Of a DNA stretch of 64,000 nucleotides, positions 20,436-30,875 are shown one piece after another. The first letter of the stretch is position 1. Each line of letters starts with the position of its first letter. Origin of the DNA: Ferruginibacter sp. (GTDB taxonomy: Bacteria; Bacteroidota; Bacteroidia; Chitinophagales; Chitinophagaceae); NCBI GenBank assembly GCA_044222465.1, contig JBGANE010000007.1, forward strand, positions 14,664 to 78,663. The letters are read 5' to 3'. The notes below the pieces were generated by a model. The model saw only the letters and a program-made list of their open reading frames with translations. It did no database searches and was not told where the DNA came from. Both the position numbers and the translations under genes were made by a program.

Positions 20436-21776
20436 ATGAAACAAAAACTAACGCTAATTCTGGCACTATCTCTTTTGGCCACAAGTGCTTTTTCCCAAAA
20501 AACAAAAAAGATGGCTGGTACCAAAAAGGGGCCACTAGTTGGTATAAATTTTAACCTTGCAGATTTTAAAGCTCCGCTCGGTATAAAAGATCCAATTACC
20601 GGAAAAGTTTACAGCAAAATTAAGGATATGAACAAAGGCCTTTCCCTTACTTACACAAAGGGGCTTAGTTCAAGAATTGATTTCGGTGTAAAATTAAATG
20701 CTATGTTCCGTGATTATGCGTCCATTTATTATGGCGAAACACAAAAATCCGAAATAGGAGTAGAACTTGAGCCTTCAGTACGCTTCCGTCCTTTCAGAGA
20801 TGAAGCTTTATTAAGCCCTTACTTATCTGTAGGTGGTGGATTTGGATATTATACCGGTCGTTGGGCAGGATATATACCAGCAGGTCTTGGCGTTCAGGTT
20901 AATTTCAACAGCCAAACCTATTTATTTGTTCAGGCAGATTACAAATGGACCTTAACTAAAAAGACTTTAGGTGATAATCTTTTCTATTCAATTGGGTTAG
21001 CTCAAAATATTGGTCGTGAAAAAGTAAAAGTTGTTCCACCACCACCACCGCCAGTGGTTGAGCCTCCAAAAGACAGGGATGGTGACGGTGTATTGGATGT
21101 GGATGACAAATGCCCGGATGTAAAAGGCCTTGCTTCTTTGAAAGGATGTCCTGACAGGGATGGTGATGGTATTGCAGATGGCGATGACAAATGTCCTGAT
21201 GTTGCCGGTTTGGCTCGTTACCAGGGATGTCCAATTCCAGATACTGATAAAGATGGTATCAATGACGAAGTAGATAAGTGTCCAACTGTTCCAGGCCTTT
21301 CACGTTACCAGGGATGTCCAATTCCTGATACTGATGGCGATGGCGTAAACGACGAAGAAGATAAATGTATCAATGAAAAAGGACCTGCTTCTAACTTTGG
21401 TTGTCCTGTAATTGATGAGAAAATAGTTGAGCGTGTAAACAAAGCTGCTCAAAATGTATTCTTTGCAACAGGTAGCGCTAAATTGCTGGCTAAGTCATTC
21501 TCTAAACTGAATGATGTGGTTTCTATCTTAAAAGAGAATCCTACTTATAAAGTACAAATTGATGGTCATACTGATGATGTAGGTAAAGATGAGACCAATC
21601 AGACTTTATCTGACAACAGGGCGGCTTCTGTAAAAACTTACCTGGCCAGTAAAGGTATTGATGAGGGACGCCTTTCTTCAACAGGTTATGGCGAAACAAA
21701 ACCAGTTGCTGATAACAAAACTGCAGCAGGTCGTGCCAAGAACAGGAGAGTAGAAATGACTTTGAGAAATTATTAA
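20436..21776 (+). CDS. OmpA family protein with thrombospondin type-3 (Ca-binding) repeats
   Basis: DRDGDGV.D..DKCP repeats, IDGHTDDVG, LSDNRAASV, GYGETKP, NRRVE. Confidence 0.94.
   Translation: MKQKLTLILALSLLATSAFSQKTKKMAGTKKGPLVGINFNLADFKAPLGIKDPITGKVYSKIKDMNKGLSLTYTKGLSSRIDFGVKLNAMFRDYASIYYGETQKSEIGVELEPSVRFRPFRDEALLSPYLSVGGGFGYYTGRWAGYIPAGLGVQVNFNSQTYLFVQADYKWTLTKKTLGDNLFYSIGLAQNIGREKVKVVPPPPPPVVEPPKDRDGDGVLDVDDKCPDVKGLASLKGCPDRDGDGIADGDDKCPDVAGLARYQGCPIPDTDKDGINDEVDKCPTVPGLSRYQGCPIPDTDGDGVNDEEDKCINEKGPASNFGCPVIDEKIVERVNKAAQNVFFATGSAKLLAKSFSKLNDVVSILKENPTYKVQIDGHTDDVGKDETNQTLSDNRAASVKTYLASKGIDEGRLSSTGYGETKPVADNKTAAGRAKNRRVEMTLRNY
21070..21400 (+). repeat. Coding TSP3 tandem repeats (29-aa period)
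   Basis: cgttaccagggatgtccaattcc at 21216 and 21303, 87 nt apart. Confidence 0.85.
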
Positions 21777-21794
21777 TAGATAATTCAAATCATA

Positions 21795-21829
21795 AAAAAT
21801 CCCCCCGATACTAGTTCTGGGGGATTTTT
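21795..21829. terminator. Bidirectional intrinsic terminator
   Basis: AAAAATCCCCC...GGGGGATTTTT. Confidence 0.8.
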
Positions 21830-21872
21830 GTTTAGAGAACAGCTCAGGGTAAAATAAAAAAGGAGATAAATA

Positions 21873-23840
21873 TCAGCGCATTCTCTCTTCCAGCTTCATT
21901 AGCTTTTCAAATACGATTTCATACTCCGTATTTGCTTTTTGCAACTCTTCTGTATTTACTTTATAGGCGGTTTCAGTTTCCAGGAACCGGGCCTTGTTGC
22001 TATATACATCCGGCGAAGCCAGATCTGTTTCCAACTGGGCCTTCTTTTTATTCATGGTCGCTATCTTCTCTTCCAGCTGCTGAAACAGTTTTTTTTGCTT
22101 CTGCAGTTCCTTTTGTAGCTCCTTATCAATGGCATTTCCTGTTTCCTGCTTCCTGTTACTTTTGTTTTGAATTTTATTGGATACTGCATCAGGCTGGAGA
22201 GTTATGGTCTCCTGTTTATTACCTGTTTTTCGTTGTTCAGCCTCTCTTCTTGCTTTCCAGTCTTCCCATTCTTTATAAGTGCCTTTGAACTCACGTATCT
22301 TATGATCTTCTATTTCCCATATTTTATTGGCTATCTGGCTTATGAAATACCTGTCGTGGCTCACCAGCACAATACTGCCTTCATATTTATTCAATGCTTC
22401 AATCAGTAGTTCCACTGAATGCAGATCCAGGTGGTTTGTAGGCTCATCAAGTAGCAGGAAGTTTGCCTTACTTACTATGGTCTTTGCCAATGCCACCCTT
22501 GCTTTTTCTCCACCACTTAAAACTCTTATCTTTTTATCTACATCATCTCCACTAAACAAAAAACATCCCAGCAGGCTTCTCAATTCCAGGTCTGTTTTAC
22601 CGCTTCGGCTACTCTTCATTTCCTCCAGTACATTATTATTTATGTCCAATGCCTCCAATTGGTGCTGGGCATAAAAAGCGTCATCTACATTATGGCCCCA
22701 AATCCTGTTGCCGGTAAAAGTCTCTGTTCCGGCAATAATTCTTAGTAATGTTGATTTTCCTTTTCCATTGGCACCGATCAAAGCAATTTTATCTCCCCTG
22801 TCAATTTCAGCTCCTGTATCCTCAATGATCTTTACATCCCCAAAACTTTTAGAAACATGTTTAAGTGTACATAATATCCTCCCTGGCTGTTTATCAACCG
22901 AGAAATTAATACGCATATTGGGCCGCTCAATCTCTACGTCTTCGATCCTTTCGAGCTTATCCAGTCGCTTTACAATACTTTGTGCCTGTGCAGCCTTACT
23001 GGCCTTGGCTTTAAAGCGCTCAACAAACCGTTCCTGCTGACGAATATAATCCTGTTGATTTTCGAAAGCTTTTTTCTGAATATCAACACGAAGAGCTTTC
23101 TCTGTTTCGTAAAAAGAATAATTACCAGTGTAAAAATGTAACTGCTGCTGATACAACTCAACGATCTTGGTCACCATCCGGTCTAAAAAATATCTATCGT
23201 GACTTACAATTACCACGGCCCCGGGATAGTGTTGTAAATATTTTTCCAGCCATTCAATACTTGGCAGGTCAAGGTGGTTAGTAGGTTCATCCAGCAATAA
23301 AACATCCGGATGCATCAGGATCATTTTTGCCAATAGTACTCTCATCCTCCATCCGCCACTGAATTGTTTATAAGGTTTTTGCAGGTCGGCATTGGCAAAA
23401 CCCAGACCCTGCAATATCTCTTCGGTCTTATGATGAATATTATAGCCGCCCAACACTTCCATTTCATGCAACCGTTCAGCATAATCATGTGCCAGCGATT
23501 CATCGCCTGTCAGCTCCAGTTGCTTGCCAATGGCCTCAATTTCTTTTTCCAGCTCTTTTACTCTTTCAAAAGCACCCATAGCCACTTCAAGGATAGAATC
23601 TTCTGTATCAAAGCTCAGCAGGTCCTGGTGTAAGAACCCGATCGTAGTCTCTCTTCCTTTTTCCACAGTTCCTTTATTAGGGAGATATTGCCCGGTGAGA
23701 ACTTTTAATAACGTAGATTTACCGGTTCCGTTATACCCGATCAGGCCGATCCTTTCATTGGGTTGAATATGCCAGGTAGCATCTTCCACAATGGTCCTGG
23801 CGCCAAATTCAAAAGTTATGTTCTGTAGTCCTAAAAGCAT
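21873..23840 (-). CDS. ABC-F family ATP-binding protein
   Basis: Two NBDs (GYNGTGKST, FSGGWRMR, LLLDEPTNHLD; GANGKGKST, LSGGEKAR), C-terminal coiled-coil, no TM segments. Confidence 0.95.
   Translation of the reverse strand: MLLGLQNITFEFGARTIVEDATWHIQPNERIGLIGYNGTGKSTLLKVLTGQYLPNKGTVEKGRETTIGFLHQDLLSFDTEDSILEVAMGAFERVKELEKEIEAIGKQLELTGDESLAHDYAERLHEMEVLGGYNIHHKTEEILQGLGFANADLQKPYKQFSGGWRMRVLLAKMILMHPDVLLLDEPTNHLDLPSIEWLEKYLQHYPGAVVIVSHDRYFLDRMVTKIVELYQQQLHFYTGNYSFYETEKALRVDIQKKAFENQQDYIRQQERFVERFKAKASKAAQAQSIVKRLDKLERIEDVEIERPNMRINFSVDKQPGRILCTLKHVSKSFGDVKIIEDTGAEIDRGDKIALIGANGKGKSTLLRIIAGTETFTGNRIWGHNVDDAFYAQHQLEALDINNNVLEEMKSSRSGKTDLELRSLLGCFLFSGDDVDKKIRVLSGGEKARVALAKTIVSKANFLLLDEPTNHLDLHSVELLIEALNKYEGSIVLVSHDRYFISQIANKIWEIEDHKIREFKGTYKEWEDWKARREAEQRKTGNKQETITLQPDAVSNKIQNKSNRKQETGNAIDKELQKELQKQKKLFQQLEEKIATMNKKKAQLETDLASPDVYSNKARFLETETAYKVNTEELQKANTEYEIVFEKLMKLEERMR
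22135..22155. repeat. Heptamer tandem repeat (YTTCCTG)x3 in the ABC-F linker
   Basis: TTTCCTG TTTCCTG CTTCCTG, encoding RKQETGN. Confidence 0.6.
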
Positions 23841-23987
23841 ATAAACTATCTTTAACCGGATTTTGTAAGGCGCAAAAATAACGATTATCGAACCTTAAAC
23901 TGTAATTGGTGTTATAATATCAAAAATTCTTTACGTTAACCGGTCAATTTATTTTTTGATGGGTTAGCTTTGTAAAAAACAAGGGTT

Positions 23988-24602
23988 ATGAAAAAAATAG
24001 TTTTGGTTGTACTCGTTCTTATCCTGGCCATTGGAGGTTATTATTGGTACAAGTTCAGTAATGCTGGTAAAGGAGACTCAGGGCCAAAGCAGGCGCCACT
24101 TACTTTAAAAAAACATTCCAACACATTTAACCAGGCTATAACAACCGCTATGAATGCCTATTTTGATATGAAGGCTGCATTTGTAGATGCAGATACAACC
24201 AAAGCAAAAGAAAGTTGCCGGAAGTTTGTACAGCTGATGGACAGCATTCCCTTTGATGAATTAAAAAAAGATACAACCGGTATTTATGAAATTGCTTTCA
24301 ATGACCTTTCGAATATCAGGAGCAATGCTGAGTCTTTGTTGGTGCAGGCCGATATAACCGAAATGAGAAAGGACTTTGGGATGGTTTCAGAAAATTTATA
24401 CCCCTTCTTGCGAACTATCAATTATGAGGGGGAGAACATGTACTGGCAAAACTGCCCTATGGCTTTTGGTGACGATAAAGGAGCCAACTGGATAAGTAAC
24501 ACCAAAGAGATCATTAACCCCTACCTGGGGAAAAACCACCCGGAATTTAAAGGAACCATGCTGCATTGCGGTGAAATAAAAGATACCATAAAGGCCCAAT
24601 GA
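23988..24602 (+). CDS. DUF3347 domain protein
   Basis: YWQNCPMAFGDDKGANWIS...IINPYLG...MLHCGE; TAGCTTTG promoter box at 23965-23972. Confidence 0.85.
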   Translation: MKKIVLVVLVLILAIGGYYWYKFSNAGKGDSGPKQAPLTLKKHSNTFNQAITTAMNAYFDMKAAFVDADTTKAKESCRKFVQLMDSIPFDELKKDTTGIYEIAFNDLSNIRSNAESLLVQADITEMRKDFGMVSENLYPFLRTINYEGENMYWQNCPMAFGDDKGANWISNTKEIINPYLGKNHPEFKGTMLHCGEIKDTIKAQ

Positions 24603-24651
24603 GCATTTTAATGACCCGGACGGGTAAATCTGTTTTCAAGATCAAGTAACC

Positions 24652-27009
24652 ATGAAAATATACTTTTTTGTTTTTCTTTTCTTGTTGGGTTCTTTGTTTA
24701 CCAATGCACAGAATAAGCATACCATCAGTGGGTTCGTAAAAGACTCACTTAATGGAGAAACCCTTATTGGTGCAACTATTACAGTGAAAGGGCAGGCAAA
24801 AGGCATCAGCAGTAATCAGTATGGTTTTTATTCCATTACACTGGATGATGGCAATTATACATTGGTCTGCTCTTTTATTGGCTACCGTACTAAAATTTTT
24901 GAAATTGATCTTAAGGCGAATACAAAATTTAATTTTGAAGTACTGCCTAGGATAAATCTTTCTCAGGAAGTAATTGTTACCACAAAAAAAAGAGATGCCA
25001 ATGTTAAGAATGCCCAGATGGGGAGATTTACATTGCCTATTGAACAGATAAAATCCATCCCTGCTTTTTTGGGTGAAGTAGATTTGTTAAAGACCATCCA
25101 ATTCCTACCGGGAGTACGCAATGCAGGAGAGGGGAGCGCCGGTATTTATGTACGTGGGGGCGGACCTGATCAGAATTTGATCTTGCTTGATGATGCGCCT
25201 GTTTACAATACCGGCCATTTGTTCGGATTCTTCTCGATATTCAATGCTGATGCTATAAAAAATGTTTCCCTGATAAAGGGAGGAATGCCTGCACAATATG
25301 GTGGCCGCCTGTCAAGTGTGTTAGACGTATCTATGAAGGAAGGAAACAATCAAAAATGGCAGGTTGATGGGGGATTGGGAGTTATTGCATCCCGACTTTC
25401 GATACAAGGACCCATCAAGAAAAACAAGTCATCATTCATTATCTCTGGCCGAAGAACCTATATAGATGTGTTGACCAAGCCATTCATAAAAAAGACCAGC
25501 CAGTTCAATGGGAGCGGATACTTCTTTTACGACCTGAATGCGAAAGTGAATTATAAATTTTCTGAAAAGGACAGGCTATACCTGAGTGGCTATTTTGGAA
25601 GGGACGTTTTTGATTTTGCCAACGGCAAACAAAGCCTGAAAATAAATATCCCCTGGGGAAATGCTACAGGCACATTGCGCTGGAACCATGTATTCAATAA
25701 CAAGTTATTCGGTAATACCACCGCTGTTTATAATGATTACAATTTTACATTCAATGCACTACAGAATGATTTTGAATTGAAGCTTGCTTCGGGGATACGT
25801 GATTTAAGTTTAAAACAGGATTTTGATCTCTATCCTTATACAGGTCATAAACTAAAATTTGGCGGCATTTATACTTACCACAAATTCACTCCTTCTATTG
25901 TAAGCGGAAAACAGGATTCTACTGTTTTTAAGCCAAACAATGCCCAGATAAAATATGGGCACGAAGCCAGCCTGTATTTACAAGACGACTGGGAGATCAA
26001 TGAAAAAATAAAGATACATGCTGGTTTACGGTATAGTTGGTTTCAGCAAATAGGGCCTTATAAAATATATCAAACAGATGATAACGGAAACAGGACAGAC
26101 AGTACGGTTTTTGGAAAGGGCAGGGCTGTTAAAACTTATGGCGGCCTTGAGCCACGCTTTACAACCCGCTATGCCTTGAATGATGAGACATCCGTTAAGG
26201 TTTCGGTAACTAAAAACTTTCAATACATTCATCTGGTAAGTAATGCAGGCACTACTTTGCCCACAGATGTGTGGGTGCCCAGCACCTACAAAGTAAAACC
26301 ACAGGTTAGTTGGTTATATGCAGCAGGTCTGTTCAAAAATTTTAAGGATAATATGTACGAAACTTCGGTGGAACTGTATTATAAAACAATGCGAAACCAG
26401 ATAGAGTACAAAGAAGGATACACCCCCAATTCCATAGAGGATACTGAAAACTCTTTTACGTTTGGCAAAGGATGGAGTTATGGTGCAGAGTTTTTTGTCA
26501 ATAAAACAAAAGGTAGATTAACAGGGTGGATAGGATATACTTTAAGCTGGACCTGGCGTAAATTCCCGGGTTTGAACTTTGGAGAGAAATATCCTGCTAA
26601 ATACGACCGGCGAAATGATATGAGTATTGTTGCTGTTTATGAACTTAGCAAAAAATGGCGCTTGTCGGGTTCTTTTGTTTACGGTACAGGTAATGCTGCA
26701 ACCTTGCCCCAGCGGTTTTATATTGTTGGAGGTATTCTTACACAAGAATATAGCCGTATCAATGAATATCGTTTGCCTTCTTATCACAGGCTTGATCTTG
26801 CAGCCATACTTACGCCAAAGAGAAATGCAAGGCGAAAGTGGAAGAGTGAGTGGGTATTTAGTGTGTACAACACATACAACCGTAAAAATCCTTACTTCAT
26901 TTATTTTGATCAAACGGGTAGCCCTTTTAACGGAACTTTGGAAATACAAGCCAAACAGGTTTCTTTATTTCCTGTTATTCCTGCCATTACATGGAACGTG
27001 AAATTCTAA
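24652..27009 (+). CDS. TonB-dependent receptor with CarboxypepD_reg-like N-domain
   Basis: ISGFVKDSLNGETLIGA, YVRGGGPDQNLILLD, YGGRLSSV, terminal TWNVKF. Confidence 0.93.
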   Translation: MKIYFFVFLFLLGSLFTNAQNKHTISGFVKDSLNGETLIGATITVKGQAKGISSNQYGFYSITLDDGNYTLVCSFIGYRTKIFEIDLKANTKFNFEVLPRINLSQEVIVTTKKRDANVKNAQMGRFTLPIEQIKSIPAFLGEVDLLKTIQFLPGVRNAGEGSAGIYVRGGGPDQNLILLDDAPVYNTGHLFGFFSIFNADAIKNVSLIKGGMPAQYGGRLSSVLDVSMKEGNNQKWQVDGGLGVIASRLSIQGPIKKNKSSFIISGRRTYIDVLTKPFIKKTSQFNGSGYFFYDLNAKVNYKFSEKDRLYLSGYFGRDVFDFANGKQSLKINIPWGNATGTLRWNHVFNNKLFGNTTAVYNDYNFTFNALQNDFELKLASGIRDLSLKQDFDLYPYTGHKLKFGGIYTYHKFTPSIVSGKQDSTVFKPNNAQIKYGHEASLYLQDDWEINEKIKIHAGLRYSWFQQIGPYKIYQTDDNGNRTDSTVFGKGRAVKTYGGLEPRFTTRYALNDETSVKVSVTKNFQYIHLVSNAGTTLPTDVWVPSTYKVKPQVSWLYAAGLFKNFKDNMYETSVELYYKTMRNQIEYKEGYTPNSIEDTENSFTFGKGWSYGAEFFVNKTKGRLTGWIGYTLSWTWRKFPGLNFGEKYPAKYDRRNDMSIVAVYELSKKWRLSGSFVYGTGNAATLPQRFYIVGGILTQEYSRINEYRLPSYHRLDLAAILTPKRNARRKWKSEWVFSVYNTYNRKNPYFIYFDQTGSPFNGTLEIQAKQVSLFPVIPAITWNVKF

Positions 27010-27016
27010 GAATAGA

Positions 27017-27043
27017 AAAGCACCCGCTTTTAGCAGATGCTTT
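27017..27043 (-). terminator. Intrinsic terminator hairpin
   Basis: Minus strand AAAGCATCTGCT-AAA-AGCGGGTGCTTT, closed by G:U pairs. Confidence 0.65.
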
Positions 27044-27065
27044 CAGTACTATTAAAAAATAATTT

Positions 27066-27512
27066 TTAGCGTACAAAAGTCTGGTACCTTTCAACTTTCA
27101 ATCCCGGAAATGCAGGATCAGCACCTGTGTTTACTACTGTAAACAGTTTATCAGTTAGGGTCAGCATCTTCCACCTGTAATTTTGAGGTATGGAATTGGA
27201 AATTACCGAATCAGCGCCTACAAACTGGTATGTACCTTCATCAGGCAAACTGGAATTAAACTTATATTCAAAACTGCCGGCAGCATCAAATTTTACATAA
27301 TTAGGATGGTGATTTAATGCCAAAATGGTATCCTTTATAAATATGCTACCCGAGTATAATCTTAGTTGGATTCTGTTTATGCTCCAGGTGCCTACTACCT
27401 GCTGTTCTTTTGGGAGGTCCTGGCTGTGGTCGGCTTTGGCGCAGGAATTCGAAATGACAGTGGCCGAAAACAGGCCAATAGCAATAAAAACAGGGGTAAA
27501 AATAGTTTTCAT
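27066..27512 (-). CDS. Hypothetical lipoprotein, lipocalin-like
   Basis: Lipobox-like ISNSCAK; VVGTWSIN (GxW) motif. Confidence 0.7.
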   Translation of the reverse strand: MKTIFTPVFIAIGLFSATVISNSCAKADHSQDLPKEQQVVGTWSINRIQLRLYSGSIFIKDTILALNHHPNYVKFDAAGSFEYKFNSSLPDEGTYQFVGADSVISNSIPQNYRWKMLTLTDKLFTVVNTGADPAFPGLKVERYQTFVR

Positions 27513-27560
27513 GATTTACTACAGATATTGGTATGGCTTTATAACGCAGTATTTACCCGA

Positions 27561-28682
27561 TTATTGCCCTTTTTTGGGCTTGTGGATAAACCTTATAACC
27601 CCACTTTTCTGCAGGTCGGAAGATATACGGGCTTCATACCTTTTATCCCCATCTTTAACCACCATGAGGGCTGTATTCGGAGGGATAGAGCCAAGGTTTT
27701 CTGCATACATGATCAGCTCATTTATATCCTTGTCGTCGTCAACATTCAATTTTAAACTAATAGCTTTATCGCCAAGCCGTTTATGGGATAACAGCAACTT
27801 GCCATTGAAGAATAAGGAAATACTGTCGCCGTCAATTTCTCCATTATCATATAAGTCCACTGTAAATGTTTCATTTTCTATCTCAATGGTTTTTATGAGG
27901 TCGCTGTTCCTTTTCTCAAATTTAATATCCGAGGGCTTCTTTTCTTTACCATCCTGTGCATGCAAAACATCTTTATCAGGCAAATCACTCTTGGCGATCT
28001 CAGTAGATTTTGCCGAAGGAAGGTTATTGGCCGGCTCTTTTTTTACAACCGGTGGTGTGGTTTTTTGTTTGGGTTTGGTCTTTACAACAGGTTGGGAAGT
28101 TGTTTGCTTGGGCTGAACCTTAACTACAGGCGGTGCTGGTTTAGGATTAGTTTTTGTAACTGGTTCAGCAACTTTTGGTTTGGGTTCTTTTGTAACCGGG
28201 CTATTATAAAAAGCAGAATTCTTTTTAAGTATCCTGCGGGATAAAACCGTGGTTCCAAATCCACAATCGCCCTGTTGGTTGGGTGCCGGTACCCAACTAC
28301 CTTCCAGAGTTTGTTCATCTCCTTGCTTAAAATAAGTCAGCTTATGAATCTGGAAACAATTGCGGATGTTTACCGGAACATTTGTTTTTGTTCTTTCCGT
28401 CTCGGTGATCTCAATATACTTACTGGCTTTATCTAAAGTACCTTTTAATTTACAGATAGTGTAATAGCGTTTGCCTCCATCGGTGAAATAGGTATAGGAA
28501 TAACCCGTTACATTTTTCCCTTTACATTCAATTTCAAGTACATAATCACAACGGTCACCACCCCAGCCAACAAATGAAGTACTTTTGTCTACGAACTGGC
28601 CTTTCCACTGCCCGGTGAAGTCTTGGGCAGATATTGTCGTTGTTAGGAAAAACGTAAATAAGAGGTGTACAATTTTTTTCAT
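27561..28682 (-). CDS. Exported hypothetical protein: N-domain, Pro/Lys-rich linker, C-domain shared with the amidase
   Basis: Signal peptide MKKIVHLL...ISAQ; PVVK repeats; C-terminal VDLYDNGEIDGD...IPPNTALMV. Confidence 0.85.
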   Translation of the reverse strand: MKKIVHLLFTFFLTTTISAQDFTGQWKGQFVDKSTSFVGWGGDRCDYVLEIECKGKNVTGYSYTYFTDGGKRYYTICKLKGTLDKASKYIEITETERTKTNVPVNIRNCFQIHKLTYFKQGDEQTLEGSWVPAPNQQGDCGFGTTVLSRRILKKNSAFYNSPVTKEPKPKVAEPVTKTNPKPAPPVVKVQPKQTTSQPVVKTKPKQKTTPPVVKKEPANNLPSAKSTEIAKSDLPDKDVLHAQDGKEKKPSDIKFEKRNSDLIKTIEIENETFTVDLYDNGEIDGDSISLFFNGKLLLSHKRLGDKAISLKLNVDDDKDINELIMYAENLGSIPPNTALMVVKDGDKRYEARISSDLQKSGVIRFIHKPKKGQ

Positions 28683-28791
28683 GTTCGCCGGCATATCTGT
28701 TAACTTGATCCGGTCTTTTACCGGATACCTTCTCTTAATTCTCCAATAAAATTTTTCAAGAATTAGCCTGAATTAATTTACCTGGGTTTTA

Positions 28792-28841
28792 CAAAGATAT
28801 TTTAGATAAATTTTTCCATAGCTAATACTTCGTTAAATTTG
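28792..28841. promoter_or_regulatory. Divergent -7 boxes (minus TATCTTTG 28792-28799; plus TAAATTTG 28834-28841)
   Basis: Two TAnnTTTG matches between divergent genes. Confidence 0.6.
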
Positions 28842-28875
28842 CAGCCCGCCTGCTTATCAGGCACACAATAAAGAT

Positions 28876-30810
28876 ATGATAAAGATAACATTACCGGATG
28901 GTGCAGTAAAGGAATACGAACAAGGCGTTTCTGCAATGGATGTTGCCAAATCTATTAGCGAAGGTTTGGCAAGGAAAGTTTTAGCTGCTAATATTAATGG
29001 CGAGGTATGGGATGCTGTAAGACCAATTAATACAGATGCTTCTTTGAAACTGCTTACGTGGGATGACACAGATGGTAAATCAACTTTTTGGCATTCTTCT
29101 GCTCATTTAATGGCAGAGGCGGTGGAGTCTATGTTCCCTGGAGTAAAATTTTGGGTAGGCCCTGCAATTGACAAGGGCTTTTATTATGATATGGACCTCG
29201 GCGATAAAAAGATGACCGAAGATGACCTGGCAATTTTGGAAAAAAAGATGAACGAACTGGCCAAACAAAATAATAGTTATATAAGGAAAGAAATATCAAA
29301 AACAGATGCAGTAAAATATTTTGCCGATAAAGGGGATGAATATAAACTGGACCTGTTGACGGGTTTAAATGATGGCGGAATTACTTTTTATACACAAGGC
29401 GGATTCACAGACCTGTGTCGTGGGCCACATATACCTAATACAGGGTTTATTAAAGCTATAAAATTGACCAGCGTTGCCGGGGCATATTGGAAAGGCGATG
29501 AAAAAAATAAACAACTTACCCGGATATATGGTGTTACATTCCCCAACCAGAAAGAACTTGATGAGTATTTAGCGATGCTTGAAGAAGCAAAGAAGAGGGA
29601 TCACCGGAAACTAGGTAAGGAACTGAGCATTTATACTATGGATGATAATGTGGGGCCTGGCCTTATATTATGGATGCCTAATGGAACTGTGATCATTGAA
29701 GAACTGGAAAAGCTGGCGAAGGAAACCGAAAATGCGGCTGGTTATAAAAGGGTGGTTACACCTCATATTGCAAAAGAGAGTATGTACCGCACCAGCGGCC
29801 ATTTGCCATATTATGCCGATAGTATGTTTCCTCCCATGGAAATGGATGGAGAAAAATATTACCTGAAGGCAATGAACTGCCCTCATCATCACAAAATATT
29901 TGATGCTGAACAGAAGAGTTACAAAGATTTGCCTTATCGAATTGCAGAGTATGGTACCTGCTACCGGTACGAGCAAAGCGGTGAGCTATTTGGATTAATG
30001 AGGGTACGTTGCCTGCACATGAACGATGCTCATATTTATTGCAGCAAAGACCAGTTTGCCCAGGAATTTAAAGCGGTGAACGACATGTACCTGAAATATT
30101 TTAAAATATTTGGGATAGATAAATATGTGATGCGACTGTCGTTACATGATCCTGAAAAGCTGGGACAAAAATATGTAAATGAACCGGAGCTTTGGCTGGA
30201 AACAGAAGAGCTTGTAAGAAAAGTACTGATAGAAACAGGTGTGCCATTTGTTGAAGTAAAAGGAGAAGGAGCTTTTTATGGGCCTAAGATAGATGTGCAG
30301 ATATGGAGTGCTATTGGCCGTGAATTTACACTGGCCACTAACCAGGTTGATTTTGCTCAATCCCGAAGCTTCAAATTATCATTTGCCAACCAGAATAATG
30401 AGCCTGAAATTCCTTTGATCATTCACCGGGCACCACTGGGCACCCACGAACGTTTTATAGGATTTTTGCTGGAGCATTATGCAGGCAAATTCCCTGCATG
30501 GTTAGCACCTTTACAGGTTAAAATCCTGCCTATCAGCGATAAATTCATGGATTATGCAAATACAATTTTGAAAACGCTGAAAAATGCAGATATTCGTGTG
30601 GAGATTGACGACAGGAACGAAAAGATAGGTCGTAAGATCAGGGATACGGAGATGGCAAGGGTTCCTTACATGCTGGTGATCGGTGAGAAAGAAATGAACG
30701 AAGGGAAAGTGTCCATCCGCAGGCAGGGCAAAGGCGACCTGGGAGCAAAGAAAATTGATGAATTTGTAGGCGAGATCGTAGCCGAAATAAAAGAAAGAAG
30801 GGCTGACTAA
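28876..30810 (+). CDS. thrS: Threonine--tRNA ligase
   Basis: TGS domain, WHSSAHLMAEA, DLCRGPH, RDHRKLG, KAMNCPHH, GEGAFYGPKID, IHRAPLGTHERF. Confidence 0.98.
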   Translation: MIKITLPDGAVKEYEQGVSAMDVAKSISEGLARKVLAANINGEVWDAVRPINTDASLKLLTWDDTDGKSTFWHSSAHLMAEAVESMFPGVKFWVGPAIDKGFYYDMDLGDKKMTEDDLAILEKKMNELAKQNNSYIRKEISKTDAVKYFADKGDEYKLDLLTGLNDGGITFYTQGGFTDLCRGPHIPNTGFIKAIKLTSVAGAYWKGDEKNKQLTRIYGVTFPNQKELDEYLAMLEEAKKRDHRKLGKELSIYTMDDNVGPGLILWMPNGTVIIEELEKLAKETENAAGYKRVVTPHIAKESMYRTSGHLPYYADSMFPPMEMDGEKYYLKAMNCPHHHKIFDAEQKSYKDLPYRIAEYGTCYRYEQSGELFGLMRVRCLHMNDAHIYCSKDQFAQEFKAVNDMYLKYFKIFGIDKYVMRLSLHDPEKLGQKYVNEPELWLETEELVRKVLIETGVPFVEVKGEGAFYGPKIDVQIWSAIGREFTLATNQVDFAQSRSFKLSFANQNNEPEIPLIIHRAPLGTHERFIGFLLEHYAGKFPAWLAPLQVKILPISDKFMDYANTILKTLKNADIRVEIDDRNEKIGRKIRDTEMARVPYMLVIGEKEMNEGKVSIRRQGKGDLGAKKIDEFVGEIVAEIKERRAD

Positions 30811-30875
30811 TTGTTTATTGATCCCTGTTCAGGGGACTCCGATAAAAAAACAACATTGTAAACTAAAAAAATTAA

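Noticed and set aside
21070-21400. Periodic DNA repeats resembling an array
   Set aside because: Explained by coding TSP3 repeats of the OmpA protein; there is no spacer structure and no cas genes.
27325-28116. 263-aa plus-strand ORF
   Set aside because: Antisense shadow of two real minus-strand genes, with no recognisable motifs.
28848-28862. GCCTG-CTTAT-CAGGC hairpin in the thrS leader as a tRNA-Thr mimic
   Set aside because: The loop lacks a Thr anticodon-like NGU, the stem is only 5 bp, and the leader is too short for a T-box.
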